Below, in pieces: positions 12,774 to 24,959 of a stretch of DNA of 64,000 nt; positions within the stretch are counted from its first letter, which is position 1, and each line of letters opens with the position of its first letter. Made by a program: the position numbers and the translations under genes. A model generated the notes under the pieces. It had not been told where the DNA came from and searched no databases. It saw only the letters and a list, made by a program, of their open reading frames with translations. Location: NCBI GenBank assembly GCA_013239625.1, contig MU053444.1, forward strand, positions 1 to 64,000, in the 5' to 3' direction. Source of the stretch: Lama guanicoe (taxonomy: Eukaryota).

Positions 12774-14927
12774 TGGAGTAATTTGAGCCTCTGCTTATAT
12801 ATGTATGTAGTGTAGTTGTCTACTGAGATCAAACTGTGTTTTCCCAGCAAGCCATCTGATTGAGGGCTTTCACACACACTTGACTCTAAGAACTGAAAAT
12901 GTGGAGAGATGTTTGTTCATCTAGCATTAATGTAATGGTTTGTAGTGGAAACACTTTGTTGGTTTCTTAGTATGTTTCTTCGTGCTGGATTGAATTTCAT
13001 GTAGTTTTTAAAGTAAAAGCGATGTGGAGCAAGTACACCCATTGTATATGTATGTAATTCCCCACTCAAATAACTGTGTGTTCCCAACAAGCTATATGAC
13101 TGACGGCTTTCACACCATCTTAGCTCTCAGATTTGAGTGTTTTGCAAGATGATGGATCATCTAGCATAAAGGGAAAGGTTTTCTTTATAAACAATTACTC
13201 TGCTTTCTCCTAAATTTTCCTAGTGCCAGTTTGAAATACATGCAGTTTTCACTCTAAGACCGAGTTGGAGCTTGTAACACCTCATGTATATTTAATTAGT
13301 GTATTTTCCGACTGAACACAAACTGTGTGTTCCCAACAAGCTAGATGATTGATGGCTTTCATACACACTTATATCTAGTATTGAGCATGTGGAGAGACAT
13401 TCTTTCATCTAGCAGAAAGGGAATGTGATGCAGTAGAAACAGTTAATCTTTTTTCTGTGTATGTTTCCTACTGCCTGTTTGAAATTCCTTCAGTTTTCAG
13501 TGTAAAACCTTTTCATAGCTAGTACCTCACCATATATATATAGGGAGAGAATTTTCTCACTGAAAAGGAAGTGTGTGTTCCCAACAAGCTAGGTGATTGA
13601 TGGCTTTCACACACACTGAACTCTCAGATTTGATCATGTGAAGAGACGTTCTTTCATATAGCAGAAAATGGATGGTTTGTGTTATAAACATTTACTCTGA
13701 TTTCTCAGTATGTTTCCTGGTACCTGTTTGAATTCCATGTATGTTTCACTCTAAAACCGACTTGGAACTTGTACCTCCCCATATATATGTATGTAGTGGG
13801 GTTTTCAGCTGAAAGAAACTTTGTGTTCCCAACAAGGTAGCTGAATGGCGTCATTCACACACACTTTAATCTCAGAATTGAGCATGTATGTGGATAGACG
13901 TTTGTTCATCTAGAATAAAGAGAATAGGTAGCATCAGTAATACTTACTCTGATTTCACATTATGTATAATATTGCCGGTTTGAAGTCAATGCTGTTTTCA
14001 CTTTAAAAGTGATTTGGAGATTGTGCCTCCCCATATATATTTATATAGTGTTGTTTCTCAATGAAAACAAGCTATGTGATCCCGAGAAGGCATGTGACTT
14101 ACGTCTTTCACACACAAACATTTGTGGGAACTGAGAATTTGGGGAGGGTTTCGTTCATCTAGCATAAAGGGAATGGTTGCTTTAGATACACTTACTCTGG
14201 ATTCTCAGTATATTTCCTAGTGCTGGTTAGAAGTTCATGCAGTTTTCCTTGTAAAACCGAGTTGGAGCAACTATGTCCTTATATATATATATANNNNNNN
14301 NNNNNNNNNNNNNNNNNNNNNNNNNNNNNNNNNNNNNNNNNNNNNNNNNNNNNNNNNNNNNNNNNNNNNNNNNNNNNNNNNNNNNNNNNNNNNNNNNNNN
14401 NNNNNNNNNNNNNNNNNNNNNNNNNNNNNNNNNNNNNNNNNNNNNNNNNNNNNNNNNNNNNNNNNNNNNNNNNNNNNNNNNNNNNNNNNNNNNNNNNNNN
14501 NNNNNNNNNNNNNNNNNNNNNNNNNNNNNNNNNNNNNNNNNNNNNNNNNNNNNNNNNNNNNNNNNNNNNNNNNNNNNNNNNNNNNNNNNNNNNNNNNNNN
14601 NNNNNNNNNNNNNNNNNNNNNNNNNNNNNNNNNNNNNNNNNNNNNNNNNNNNNNNNNNNNNNNNNNNNNNNNNNNNNNNNNNNNNNNNNNNNNNNNNNNN
14701 NNNNNNNNNNNNNNNNNNNNNNNNNNNNNNNNNNNNNNNNNNNNNNNNNNNNNNNNNNNNNNNNNNNNNNNNNNNNNNNNNNNNNNNNNNNNNNNNNNNN
14801 NNNNNNNNNNNNNNNNNNNNNNNNNNNNNNNNNNNNNNNNNNNNNNNNNNNNNNNNNNNNNNNNNNNNNNNNNNNNNNNNNNNNNNNNNNNNNNNNNNNN
14901 NNNNNNNNNNNNNNNNNNNNNNNNNNN

Positions 14928-14964
<37 letters not shown>

Positions 14965-17900
14965 TTAGTGTAATTTCACACTCTAAGGAAACTGTGTGTT
15001 CCCAACAACATAGATGATTGACTGATTTCTCACACAGTTAAATCTCAAAACTGTGCATGTGGAGAGATGTTCAATCATCTAGCACAGATGGAATGTGTTG
15101 CATTAGAAACACTCTGGTTTATCAGTTATTTTTCTAGTGCTGGGTTTGAAGATCCTGCAGTTTTCTATGTAACAACGAGTTGGAGCTAGTACCACCACAT
15201 ATATATGTATGTAATGTTTTTTCCCACTGAAAGGAAACTGGGTGTTCCCAACAAGCTAGGTGATTGATGGCATTCACACACACATAACTCTCAGACTTGA
15301 GCATGTGACGAGACGTATGTTCATCTACCATATAGAGAATGGATTCCAGTAGTAACATTTACTCTGGATTCTCAGTAAGTATCCTAGTGCCAGTTTGAAG
15401 TTCATGCAGTTTTCACTGTAAAACCGATTTGGAGCTAGAACCTCCCCTAAATATATGTATGTAGTGTTATATATCATTGTAAAGAATTTGTGTGTTCCCC
15501 ACTAGTGACCATAATGTCCACTTATACACACACTTATGTCTTAGAATTGAGCATGTGGAGTGATTTTCATTCATCTAGCATAAAGGGAAAGGTTTGAAAT
15601 TGAAACAATACTCTGGTTTCTCAGTGTGTTTCCTTGTGCCTGTTTGAATCTCATGCAGGTTTCACTGTAAATCCGAGTTGGAGCTTGTAACTCCCCATAT
15701 ATATATAAGTAATTTAGCTTCCCATTGAAAAGTAACTGTGTGTTCCCTAAAAGCTAGGTGATTGACGGCTTTCACACACACTTAATTCTCACAATTGAGC
15801 ATGAGGGGAGACATTCATTCATCTAGCATAAAGAGGATAGTTTGTATTAAAAATCCTTACACTGCTTTCTCAGTATATTTTCTAGTGTCAGATTGAAGTT
15901 CATCTATTTGTCACTGTGAAATCAACTTGGATCTAGTACCTCCCCATATATATGTATGTAGTGTATTTCTCCACTCAAAACAACAGTGTGTTCCAAATAT
16001 GCAAAGTGAAAGTTGGCTTTCACACACATTCATCTCTAAGAACTCAGCATGTGGAGAGACATTCGTTCATCTAGCATAAAGGGAGTGGTTTGCAGTAGAA
16101 ACATTGACTCTGCTTTCTAAGTTTATTTCCTAGTGCCGGTTTGAAGTTCATGCCGTTTTCATGGTAAAACCGAGTTGAAGATAGTCCCTCCCCATATAAA
16201 GTTATGTAGTGTATTTTCCCAATGTAAAGAAATTTTGTGTTCCCTACAAGCTAAGTAATTGCCAGAAATCACACACAATTAACTCTCAGAATTGAACATG
16301 TGTAGAGACGTTTGTTCATCTAGCATAAAGGGAATGGTTTGCAGTAGAAACAATGACGCTGGTTTCTCAGGCCGTTTCCTAGTGCCAGTTTGAATTTCAT
16401 GCAGTTTTCACTGTAAACCCTAGTTGGAGCTAGAACCTCTCCATATATATGTATGTAGTGAAATATACCATTGAAAAGAAATTCTGTGTTCCCACCAAGC
16501 TACCGGAATAATCGCTTTCACACACACTTATCTCCCTGAATTGAGCATGTGGTGAGACATTCATTCATCTAGCAAAAAGGGAATTCTTTGCAGTAGAAAC
16601 ACTGACTGGTTTCTCAGGATGTTTTCTAGTGCCGTTTTGAACTTAATGCAATTTTCTCTTTTAAATCTACTTGGAACTATTACCTCCCCATATATATATA
16701 TATAGTTTTCACCGTAAAACTGAGTTTGAGCTAGTAACTCCACAGATATATGTATCTAGGGTAATTCCCAACTCAAAACAAACTGTATGTTCCCAACTAG
16801 CTATGTGATTGATGGGTTTAACACACATTCAACTTTTAGAATTGAGCATGTGTAGAGGCGTTCGTCCATCTATCATAAAGGGAATGGGGAGCAGTAGAAA
16901 GAATTACTCTGATTTCTCAGTATGTTTCCTAGTGCCGGTTTGAAGTTCATGCAGATTTCACTGTAAAACCAAGTTCAAACCAGTACTTCCCCGTATATGT
17001 GTGTAGTGTAGTTCCCACAATGAAACTGTGTGTTCCCAGCAAGCCTGTTGATTCACGGCTCTCATACACACTTAATTCTCAGAATTGAACATGTGGTGAG
17101 ACGTTCACTCATCATGCATATAGGGAATGGTTTGCAGTAGAAACACATACTATGATTTCTCAGTGTGTTTCCTAGTACCGGTTTGAATTTCATGCCGTTT
17201 TCACTGTAAAACCGAGATGGAACTCTACCTCCCCAAATATATGTATGTATTGTAGTTCCGCACTCTAAAGAAAATGTATTTTCCCTTCAAGCTAAGTGAT
17301 AGCTTCTGCACACATTCAGCATGCAGAGCTGAGCATTTTGGGAGACATTTGTTCATCTAGCATGAATGGAATGTTTTGCAGTAGAAACACTTACTCGGAT
17401 TTCTCAGTATGTTTCCTATTAGGGGTTTGAGTTTCATGCAGTATTGTCTGTAAAACCAAGTTGTAGCTAGTACCTCCCCATACATATGTATGCATTGTAT
17501 CTTCCCACTGAAAAGAATCTGTGTGTTCCCAAAAAGCTAGGTGATTGTTGGCTTTCATACACACTTTACTCTCAAAATTGAGCATGTGGAGAGACATTCG
17601 TTCATCTAGCATATAGGGAATGGGTAACAGTAGAAACACATACTCGTGATTCTCATTATGTTTCCTAGGGCTGATTTGAAGTTCATTCCGTTTTCATTGT
17701 AAAACCGAGTTGGAACTTGTACCTCCCCATACATATGTATGTTGTGTAGTTCCCCGCTCTAAAGAAAATATGTTTTCCCTACATGCTATGTGATAGATGG
17801 CTTTCACACACATTCAACTCTCAGAACTGAGCATGGAGTGAGGCGTTATTTCATCTTGTATGAAGGGAATGGGTTGCAGTTGAAACACTTATCTGGTTTC

Positions 17901-18860
17901 TCCATATGTTTCCTAGCTGGTTTTAAGTTCATGATGTTTTCATTGAAAAACCTAGGTGGAGCTAGTACCTCCCCATATATATATAAGTAGTGTATCTCCC
18001 CTCTCAAAAGAAACTGTGTGTTCCCTACAAGCTGAGTGATATATGGCTTTTGCACACATTCACTCTCAGAACTGAGCATGTGGAGAAGCATTCATTCATC
18101 TAGCATAAAGGGAATGAGTTGCAGGAGAAACTCTTACTCTGGTCTCAGTTCCTTTCCTAGTACTGGTTTGAATTTGATACATTTTTCACTGTAAAATCGA
18201 GTTGGAAATAATACCTCTGCATATATATGCATGTAGTGTAATTTCCCACTGAGAAGAAATGTGTTCCCAACAGGCTAGGTGATTGACGGCTTTCACACAC
18301 ATTCAACACTCCAAAGTGCGCGTGTGTAGAGTCGTTCGTTCATGTAGTATAAAGAGAATGGTTAGCAGTAGAAACAATTACTGTGATTTCTCTATATGTT
18401 TCCTAGTGCCAGGTTGCAATTCATGCAATTTTCACTGTAATACCGTGTTGGAGTTAGTACCACTGCATATATATATATATATGTTGTGTATTTCTCCACC
18501 GAGAAGAAACTGTTTTTTCTGGACAAGCTAGGTGATTTGCGGCTATAACACACATTTAACTCTCCGAACTAGGAATATTCAGAGGCGTTCATTCATCTGG
18601 CATACAGGGTATGGTTTGCTGTGAAAAGATTTACTGTGATTTCTCAGTATGTTTCCTAGTGTGGGTATGAAACTCATGCAGTTTTCTGTGTAAAACCGTT
18701 TGGAGGTTGTATCTCGCCATATATATGTAAGAAGTGTATTTTTCCACTGAAAAGAAACTGTGTGTTCTCAACAAGATAGGTGATTGACGGCTTTCACACA
18801 TATTCAACTCTCAGAATTGAGCATGTGTAGAGGCGTTCGTTCATCTAGCATAAAGGGAGT
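12774..18860 (-). repeat. Same 249-bp satellite family in inverted orientation, diverged variant (~22 monomers)
   Basis: Reverse-complement motifs recur about every 248 bp (GTTCCCAACAAGCTAG, GGCTTTCACACAC, TTCATCTAGCA, TTTCCTAGTG). N gap at 14294-14927. Confidence 0.96.
14279..14964. repeat. Compound (TA)n/(TG)n microsatellite inside a satellite monomer, spanning an assembly gap
   Basis: (TA)n runs into the N gap; a (TG) run followed by a (TA) run emerges from it. Confidence 0.75.
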
Positions 18861-18880
18861 GTGAAAGCGGTGATCATGGC
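18860..18880 (-). pseudogene. ANO6: First ~21 nt of the next ANO6 exon (~exon 18), truncated by the satellite
   Basis: The minus strand reads ctccctttactgttttcctaccagcatag|GCC ATG ATC ACC GCT TTC ACA = AMITAFT, continuing ...AVV.N|AMIIAFTSDM in the expected phase. Satellite sequence follows immediately. Confidence 0.88.
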
Positions 18881-20134
18881 CTATGCTGGTAGGAAAACAG
18901 TAAAGGGAGCATTAATTTAGAGCCTTTAAAGATATGATTAGCAGACATGACAGAATTTCATTTTCAGCAGTAGATTCCTTTCTTTTAAATCTCAGAAATC
19001 TTAATTCTTTCCTGTATCTGGATATATAAAATGAATGTCTAAAGTCTTTGAACAACTGCTTCAAAGTAGAATAATTACTTTGCTTTTGCTCTTTAACCTA
19101 AGGGAATATCCAGAATTCCAGTGGCAGTTCAAAAACAAGGGCCTGTACCTTGCCTATTACATTTTTTAAGTACAGTAAGAATAATTGTAGACTAGGGTAC
19201 TGTGGATAACTGAAGAGCTGCTTGGATATGTTACATGTAAGGTATATTTTCAAAAATTAGAAATATGAAAATCAATCAACCTTGGATATTTATTTGGTAT
19301 AATTTAATCTTTAATAATGTAGATTTAGACAGCCATTTTGTTTATGTAACAGTTATGAAAATAAGTTGGCTTTATATAAATCCTTTGTAGATAAATGTTT
19401 TAAAAATTGAGGTATTTTTTATCATTTTCTTGTTAAAAATAGGATACTAATTGCACAATATGTATTTTCCTTCAAGTTCATACTTTTTTCCCTATACTAT
19501 CTTGACTTGTTTAGATAAGTTAACGCATACTCTGATTTATTTTAAACACTCAGTATGTGCTTCTGTCTGTTGATTTATTAGAGAGCAAGAATTATTTATT
19601 ATTTTTAATAAAATATACTTGCAAGAAACTTTACGGGGATTCTTTCATTCACAGTGTCAAGCAATGATACCTGTTTTGTTAGAACAAGTGTCTAAGCTTC
19701 TCAACTTCCTAAAGATTACATGGACAAAGTTAAAACGTCATAAATGATCAACTAACAAATTTATTGTGTTCCTTGATTAAAGGTATAAATATGGGTCAGT
19801 CTTAAATTCGGATGTAAAGCTCTAATGAATTACATGAGTGTTCTCCAAAATTCTTTAATTTGGGCTTTAAACCCTCCAGTAAAATACTGGTTTCAAGGAA
19901 GAAGAAAGTCGAGAATAGATTTAATCCAAATTCTATCACAGTAAACAAAGCTAAATTCTTCAGTCATTTTTTGAAGCAGAACAGATATGTTTTCTGCACC
20001 ATATTATTTTAATAGTATTCATCTGAACATACGGTTTTGACACCATGAGACCACAAACCAACAAACAAGATCACAGGAAAACAAGAAAAACAACTGAGGG
20101 GATTTTCTACTGCAAAATTTCCCCTAACTAGAAC

Positions 20135-20659
20135 TGTAATAGAGAACAAATCTGATGCCATATTGGATCTGTTCCTTCAATTTGAAGCACTGTGCCCTGT
20201 TTTCCAGGCTTAATCTTGCTGGCTCTGTACCTTTTGTAAAACAACGTTGCCTTTAGCCTAAAACCTACAGGAAAGCCTATTCTCGTGGCTCTGACCTTTA
20301 AGGATGTTAGCACTTCTGCACTTATGCAGAGATGGCAAGTTGCAAAATAGAGAATAACCTTTGTTTTGTTGGAGGTTTACAGGGACACCATAGCCTGACT
20401 CACATGGACAGCTGCAAGAACAAAGAATGCCCGCAGCAAGAAGTTTGCAAAGTCAACCACACCCCCTCCCCTTTTTAGTTTAAAAGGAGCCTGAATTCTG
20501 ACTTGGGCAAGATGATTCTCCAGGACATTTAGTCCCCCAACTTCTTGGTCTGCCAGCTTTCTGAATAAAGTTACTATTCCTTGCCCCAAAACCTTGTCTC
20601 CTGATATATTTATTTATCACTGTTGTGCCATGTGCAGAACAAGTCTGGCCTCGGTAATA
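20135..20659 (+). mobile_element. ERV1-class solo LTR (525 bp)
   Basis: Begins TGTAATAGAG and ends CTCGGTAATA (terminal CA apparently mutated to TA). Exact 4-bp TSD GAAC at 20131-20134 and 20660-20663. AATAAA at 20564-20569; TATA-like TTTAAAA near 20478. Confidence 0.85.
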
Positions 20660-20717
20660 GAACCAGCTTTGTCGCTCCCTTTGATGTGAAATCTCCCTGG
20701 GTGTACATGTGCTTGCC

Positions 20718-20745
20718 TGGTGGTGGTGGTGGTGGTGGTGGTGGT
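20718..20745. repeat. (TGG)9 microsatellite
   Basis: Read directly from the sequence. Confidence 0.9.
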
Positions 20746-22104
20746 AGGCAAAAATATTTCACTTCTTCTGATTTCAATAGGCTAAAATTTCCTGCTATTT
20801 AAGTCAACTCTAGACTTTTACAGAATCACCTGCAGATGTGCTTCTGGAAGCTACAAAAATTCCAACAATGAAAATAATTCTATTGTCTCCAGACAGGATA
20901 CTTTTCCTCAAAACTGAGCAGCTCTGAGACACACTTCAGGAGTACAGATAGATGCAGTGTGCTTCATTTCCCATGCTGTTCTGACACAATTTTCCACTTA
21001 TATCAAAGTAAATTAAAATTGATCTTCAATAGCAGATGCTCTGGCATGATACAACAATGTCAATTCCACTTATTTTTTGAGCCAGAGCAGATTTAGAATA
21101 AATGATTTTATACCAAACTCCTGCTTGATGTCCTGTCTTCTCCCTGGTGGCTCATTCCTTCTTCTTTCTTCCTAAAAGTTCTCCTGTTATGGGAAGTTAG
21201 CCTTTACTGTGCACATTCAACTGGGAAGGCACAAATTAAATATGTGAGGGGATGACATACATATTTAATTCTTACTTATACGTATATACAAGCACACGGG
21301 AACTGTGTCTTGGAAGACGTCACTTCCTAATGTGGGCAAGAGGATGGTCTATAGTTCAATGATCTAAATACAGTCTTCTAGGATATAATAAAGCAATGTT
21401 TGAGTTATAAGACAGAACAACTCCTGGATATGAATCAGTGGCACCAATCAGTGGGTGCACGTGTGTGCATACACACACCCATGCACACGGAGCAGCCTTG
21501 GAGACACTCCATCTGTGCTGATGGAGCAAAGTCATGCTGGGGAGATGAGGAAAAAGTGCCTAATACAATCAAACCAGGAAACCTGAATAATGGGGAATAG
21601 GAGTCAATTGAATTTTCTGGTTAGCTGAAGGTCAAACAAAAACACTTTTAGTTTCAAATGCCATTGCTAAAATTACCTTAAAGCACAGGAGCCTGTTTTC
21701 CTGCTTTTCTTAGTGTCATATGGCATATTAAACATGACAGATTCATACTTCTCTGACTGTGGAACGGGAAAGGTCTTGCTGTCATATTCTGAACATTAGT
21801 CTATGTTTTGCAGCACAGTGGATACTGAAAATTGGGCAATTTGAGTGAATGGGAATGGACATAACCTAGCAGTCATTGACTGTGTGTGATTTGCCAACTT
21901 TCTCCAAAAAGTAGGGGTAGCAAGCAAATCAGATAAATTGAGGGTTCTTGGGGTGGGGAGTCGGGTGGACTGAGAGCTGGGTGGCCCCAGGTAATTTGTT
22001 TTACTGTGTAAAATTGTGACTATGATCCAGACAGTGACACATTGTCAAATTCTTGTGCCTGTAGCTTTGATACCTGGCCAAGTCTGTGCAGCCAATTTTA
22101 TCGA

Positions 22105-22332
22105 TGATGCATAATGAAGATAACTAACATTCCCTGAGGACCAGGTTGTGTGACTTCCATGCACTGACTCACTGAATTCCCTAAGCACCCTTTGTGGTAC
22201 ATAGCAGTCTTAAAATATGCAGCAGGGAATTATTCTGTTTGCAGGTGATAAAATGAAGCTCTGAACTGTTGAAGCCTGGCCCAAAATCATGCAGATGGGA
22301 AGACGCCATGCTGGGAGCTAAACTCGGGCCAG
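22105..22332 (-). mobile_element. Degenerate MIR SINE
   Basis: MIR-like core GCAGGTGATAAAATGAAGCT...TGGCCCAAAATCATGCAG. Boundaries approximate. Confidence 0.55.
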
Positions 22333-23361
22333 AATACAGAACCTGAAGGGCCCAGTAAGTCCCCTCACCCAGGAACCTGGCCCACAGCCACTGCCAGGTC
22401 CTGTTCTGTTTCTATGAGTGCTCATAGGAAAATGCCAGGTACTCAGGTTCAATGTGACTTGATTAAGAAATTCAAACTAGGATAGCCTTTTGTTGGGGAC
22501 TGTAACCTGGGAGTGAAACTGGCAGTGAATTAATGGAGGAAACAGCCCTGGTTGTAAGAATATTTCTAGGGAAGAAGGTTCCCTGATGGGCTGGCATGGG
22601 AATCGCTCTGGTTGTGAGTCTCCTGTTGCCCTGTGGGGGTGTGGGCAGGGAAGGAGAGAGGCTGTCCAGACTGGTCATAGTCAATACAGTTTGTAAACAG
22701 CTTAGTTCTGTTCCCTCACAGCTCAGAAACATGCAGGACATGAGGATGCTTAGCTAATGACCAACAGTGGGTAGCAAAGGCCAATAGTGGGGTGGGGAGG
22801 AGAGATGGGACCACCTTCTGGAAGAATTTCTGCCCCAGGGGACCAGGAATGTAATGAATGATTAGGGATGCACAAAGGGTTTATATGGCCTCATCAGGTA
22901 TTTCCTACTTTAAACTGATATTCTGGAATATATTGTAAAATACTGTGGAATGACTGCTCTTATTTTAGGTTTTACAAACTCTTAAATGGATAGATTTCTA
23001 TCTCTATTATACAAACACTGCTGGGTAACCTTTGTAGTCATGTGAGGATCAAAAGAGTGAGTGCTTATTAATATTATTACCATGCTTCTACTGAATTAAC
23101 ACTTCAGCAACAGTATAATGGCCACGCTTCTTAACAACTGCCCCTGTAAGAGCTCTTGTAAGTCACAAATAATAATTGTAAAGAAAATATATTAAAAATA
23201 ATAACAATTACAGTTGCAACAACTATGTTGTTTATAATGATGATAGTGTTAACATCTCCCTCTCATATTAAACAATACCCAACACTGGATTCCTTAGGAA
23301 GCAACGCCATTGCATTTTTGGACTCTTCAGGGTCTTCACCACATGAAGCCTTTTTACTCAC

Positions 23362-23568
23362 ATTGGCCCACCACAGCCAGAATTGCTGTTCCTTGCATGG
23401 TGGGCTGCCATGCTGCAATGTCCTGGGCTTTTTCTGGCACCATGCATCTATCCTGGGTAGTCAAGTTTCCATGTGTTCACTCTGGTTTCCAATATACTGT
23501 TCTCCAGAGCCAACAGAGGGGCCACTGGAAAGAGGCCACAAATAAGGTGGTGAACCCAAACTGAATAC
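23362..23568 (-). pseudogene. ANO6: ANO6 pseudo-exon (~exon 17)
   Basis: Reads ttcaacag|IQFGFTTLFVAS(-1)PVAPLLALENSILETRVNTWKL(+1)TTQDRCMVPEKAQDIAAWQPTMQGTAILAVV(+1)AN|gtgagt. Part of it is visible in ORF 23448..23738. Confidence 0.96.
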
Positions 23569-24744
23569 CTGTTGAAGGAATGGACACACAACATGGAGTG
23601 GTGGATGGATGGGAGGACAAAATAAATTCCTTTATTCCTGTAAAGAGAGAGGGGCAAATGGTGAACTAAATCCCAAAGAGAAAAGACATTTATGGTAATA
23701 ATAATGTTCAACAGTGAAAGAATCCAAACAAAAGGCAAATATAAAATCTCTCGGAAGAAGACTCATTACAAACTGTTTCTTTCACGTATATAACCTTAGT
23801 AGGAATAACATACTTAAAAATCTTTAACCAACCATAGTTATTTGCTGATAATAAACTTGGGAATCTTGAAGCATATTATTCACTCTCAGTGTTGAAATAA
23901 TACAATCTTGGAAGATGATTTGTAATTGAGGATTAAAAAAAGAATATTGTGGATGTATCTAACAATTTAAATTGAAATAAGAAATGTACCTTTGGGAAAG
24001 CTATGCATAGAGAATGTTGGAGGAAATACACTGAAAATAGGCAGGGGAGAAAGCTCCCTTGAGTCTGGGAAGGTGAGTGCAGCACATTCAGAGAGTCTAT
24101 GAAGTTATTACAAGTCACAGAAAGGTATGCAATTAAAGTGTCTTCCTAAGCAAAATATCCTTCTTCAGGAATTTTTATCTTGATATTTCTATGGTCTGTG
24201 TGGTCACAGGAAGTCAAAGTTATGGTGGTGGCTTAAGAAGTTCTTTTTTCTCTGTCTGTAATTTACAGGGCATTGCTACAGATGGGGCAGCAGAGATCTG
24301 TGGTAAGCTGTTTCATGGGGTGGCGGAGTGGTTAGAAATGATAAGGCCAGAGATCTAAAAGACTTTTAGACCCTACCCTACTAACTGGCAGACCTTTAAA
24401 TTAACTAGCATAGGTATGTAACTAATACAGTGGATGAGAGGCAAATTTATAGTTCCTTAGGTGTTACTGCTCAGTCAAGGGGTAGGGACCACTCTGGCCA
24501 GGAACGGCAAGACCATGGATGAGGTGGATAGGTAGGAGGAGCTGACATTTGCTTCTGACCTGAGAGGCAGGGGTGTGTTGCAGAAAAGCCGACAGTGCTG
24601 GAAAGATGCAGCAGGTCCACAGCCCATAAGGAGCTGTCATATTCAGGGAGGTCAGAGGGTAAGAACCAGAGTTACTGACACCACAGAGTCAGCAGCGTGG
24701 CAGCAGTGATGTCAGTATCTGTGTCCAAAACACACCTAAGCCTA

Positions 24745-24930
24745 CATGAACTCATCTGCCTACAGGGGGCAGGTAAGTAGCAGAAATGTGTGGAGTGGGT
24801 GTAGCCACTGGCAAATTGGCAAGTGGACATCCTACTGAAATGCACTGCTCATAGTCACCAAATTCAAAAGAGGGCCCCACACTGTCAGATCTCCTTCTTA
24901 TTCAAGAGAAGCCAGAAATTAAGAGTTTAT
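24745..24930. mobile_element. Old DNA-transposon fragment (MER103-like)
   Basis: Motifs AACTCATCTGCCTACAGGGGGCAGG and TTCAAGAGAAGCCAGAAAT. Family assignment from recall only. Confidence 0.4.
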
Positions 24931-24959
24931 TAGCAATCAACCCAGTTCAAAACCCAGAA

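Noticed and set aside
161..18531. Many 60-170 aa ORFs in the satellite (e.g. MNVVEFAAEKKLCVPNKLGEGRLSHTLISQ)
   Set aside because: The monomer is 249 = 83x3 nt and one minus frame has only two stops in the consensus, so similar ORFs recur automatically. Indels break the frame freely and no domain is recognisable.
1..18860. CRISPR-like array
   Set aside because: These are head-to-tail monomers with no unique spacers, in a mammalian context with no cas genes.
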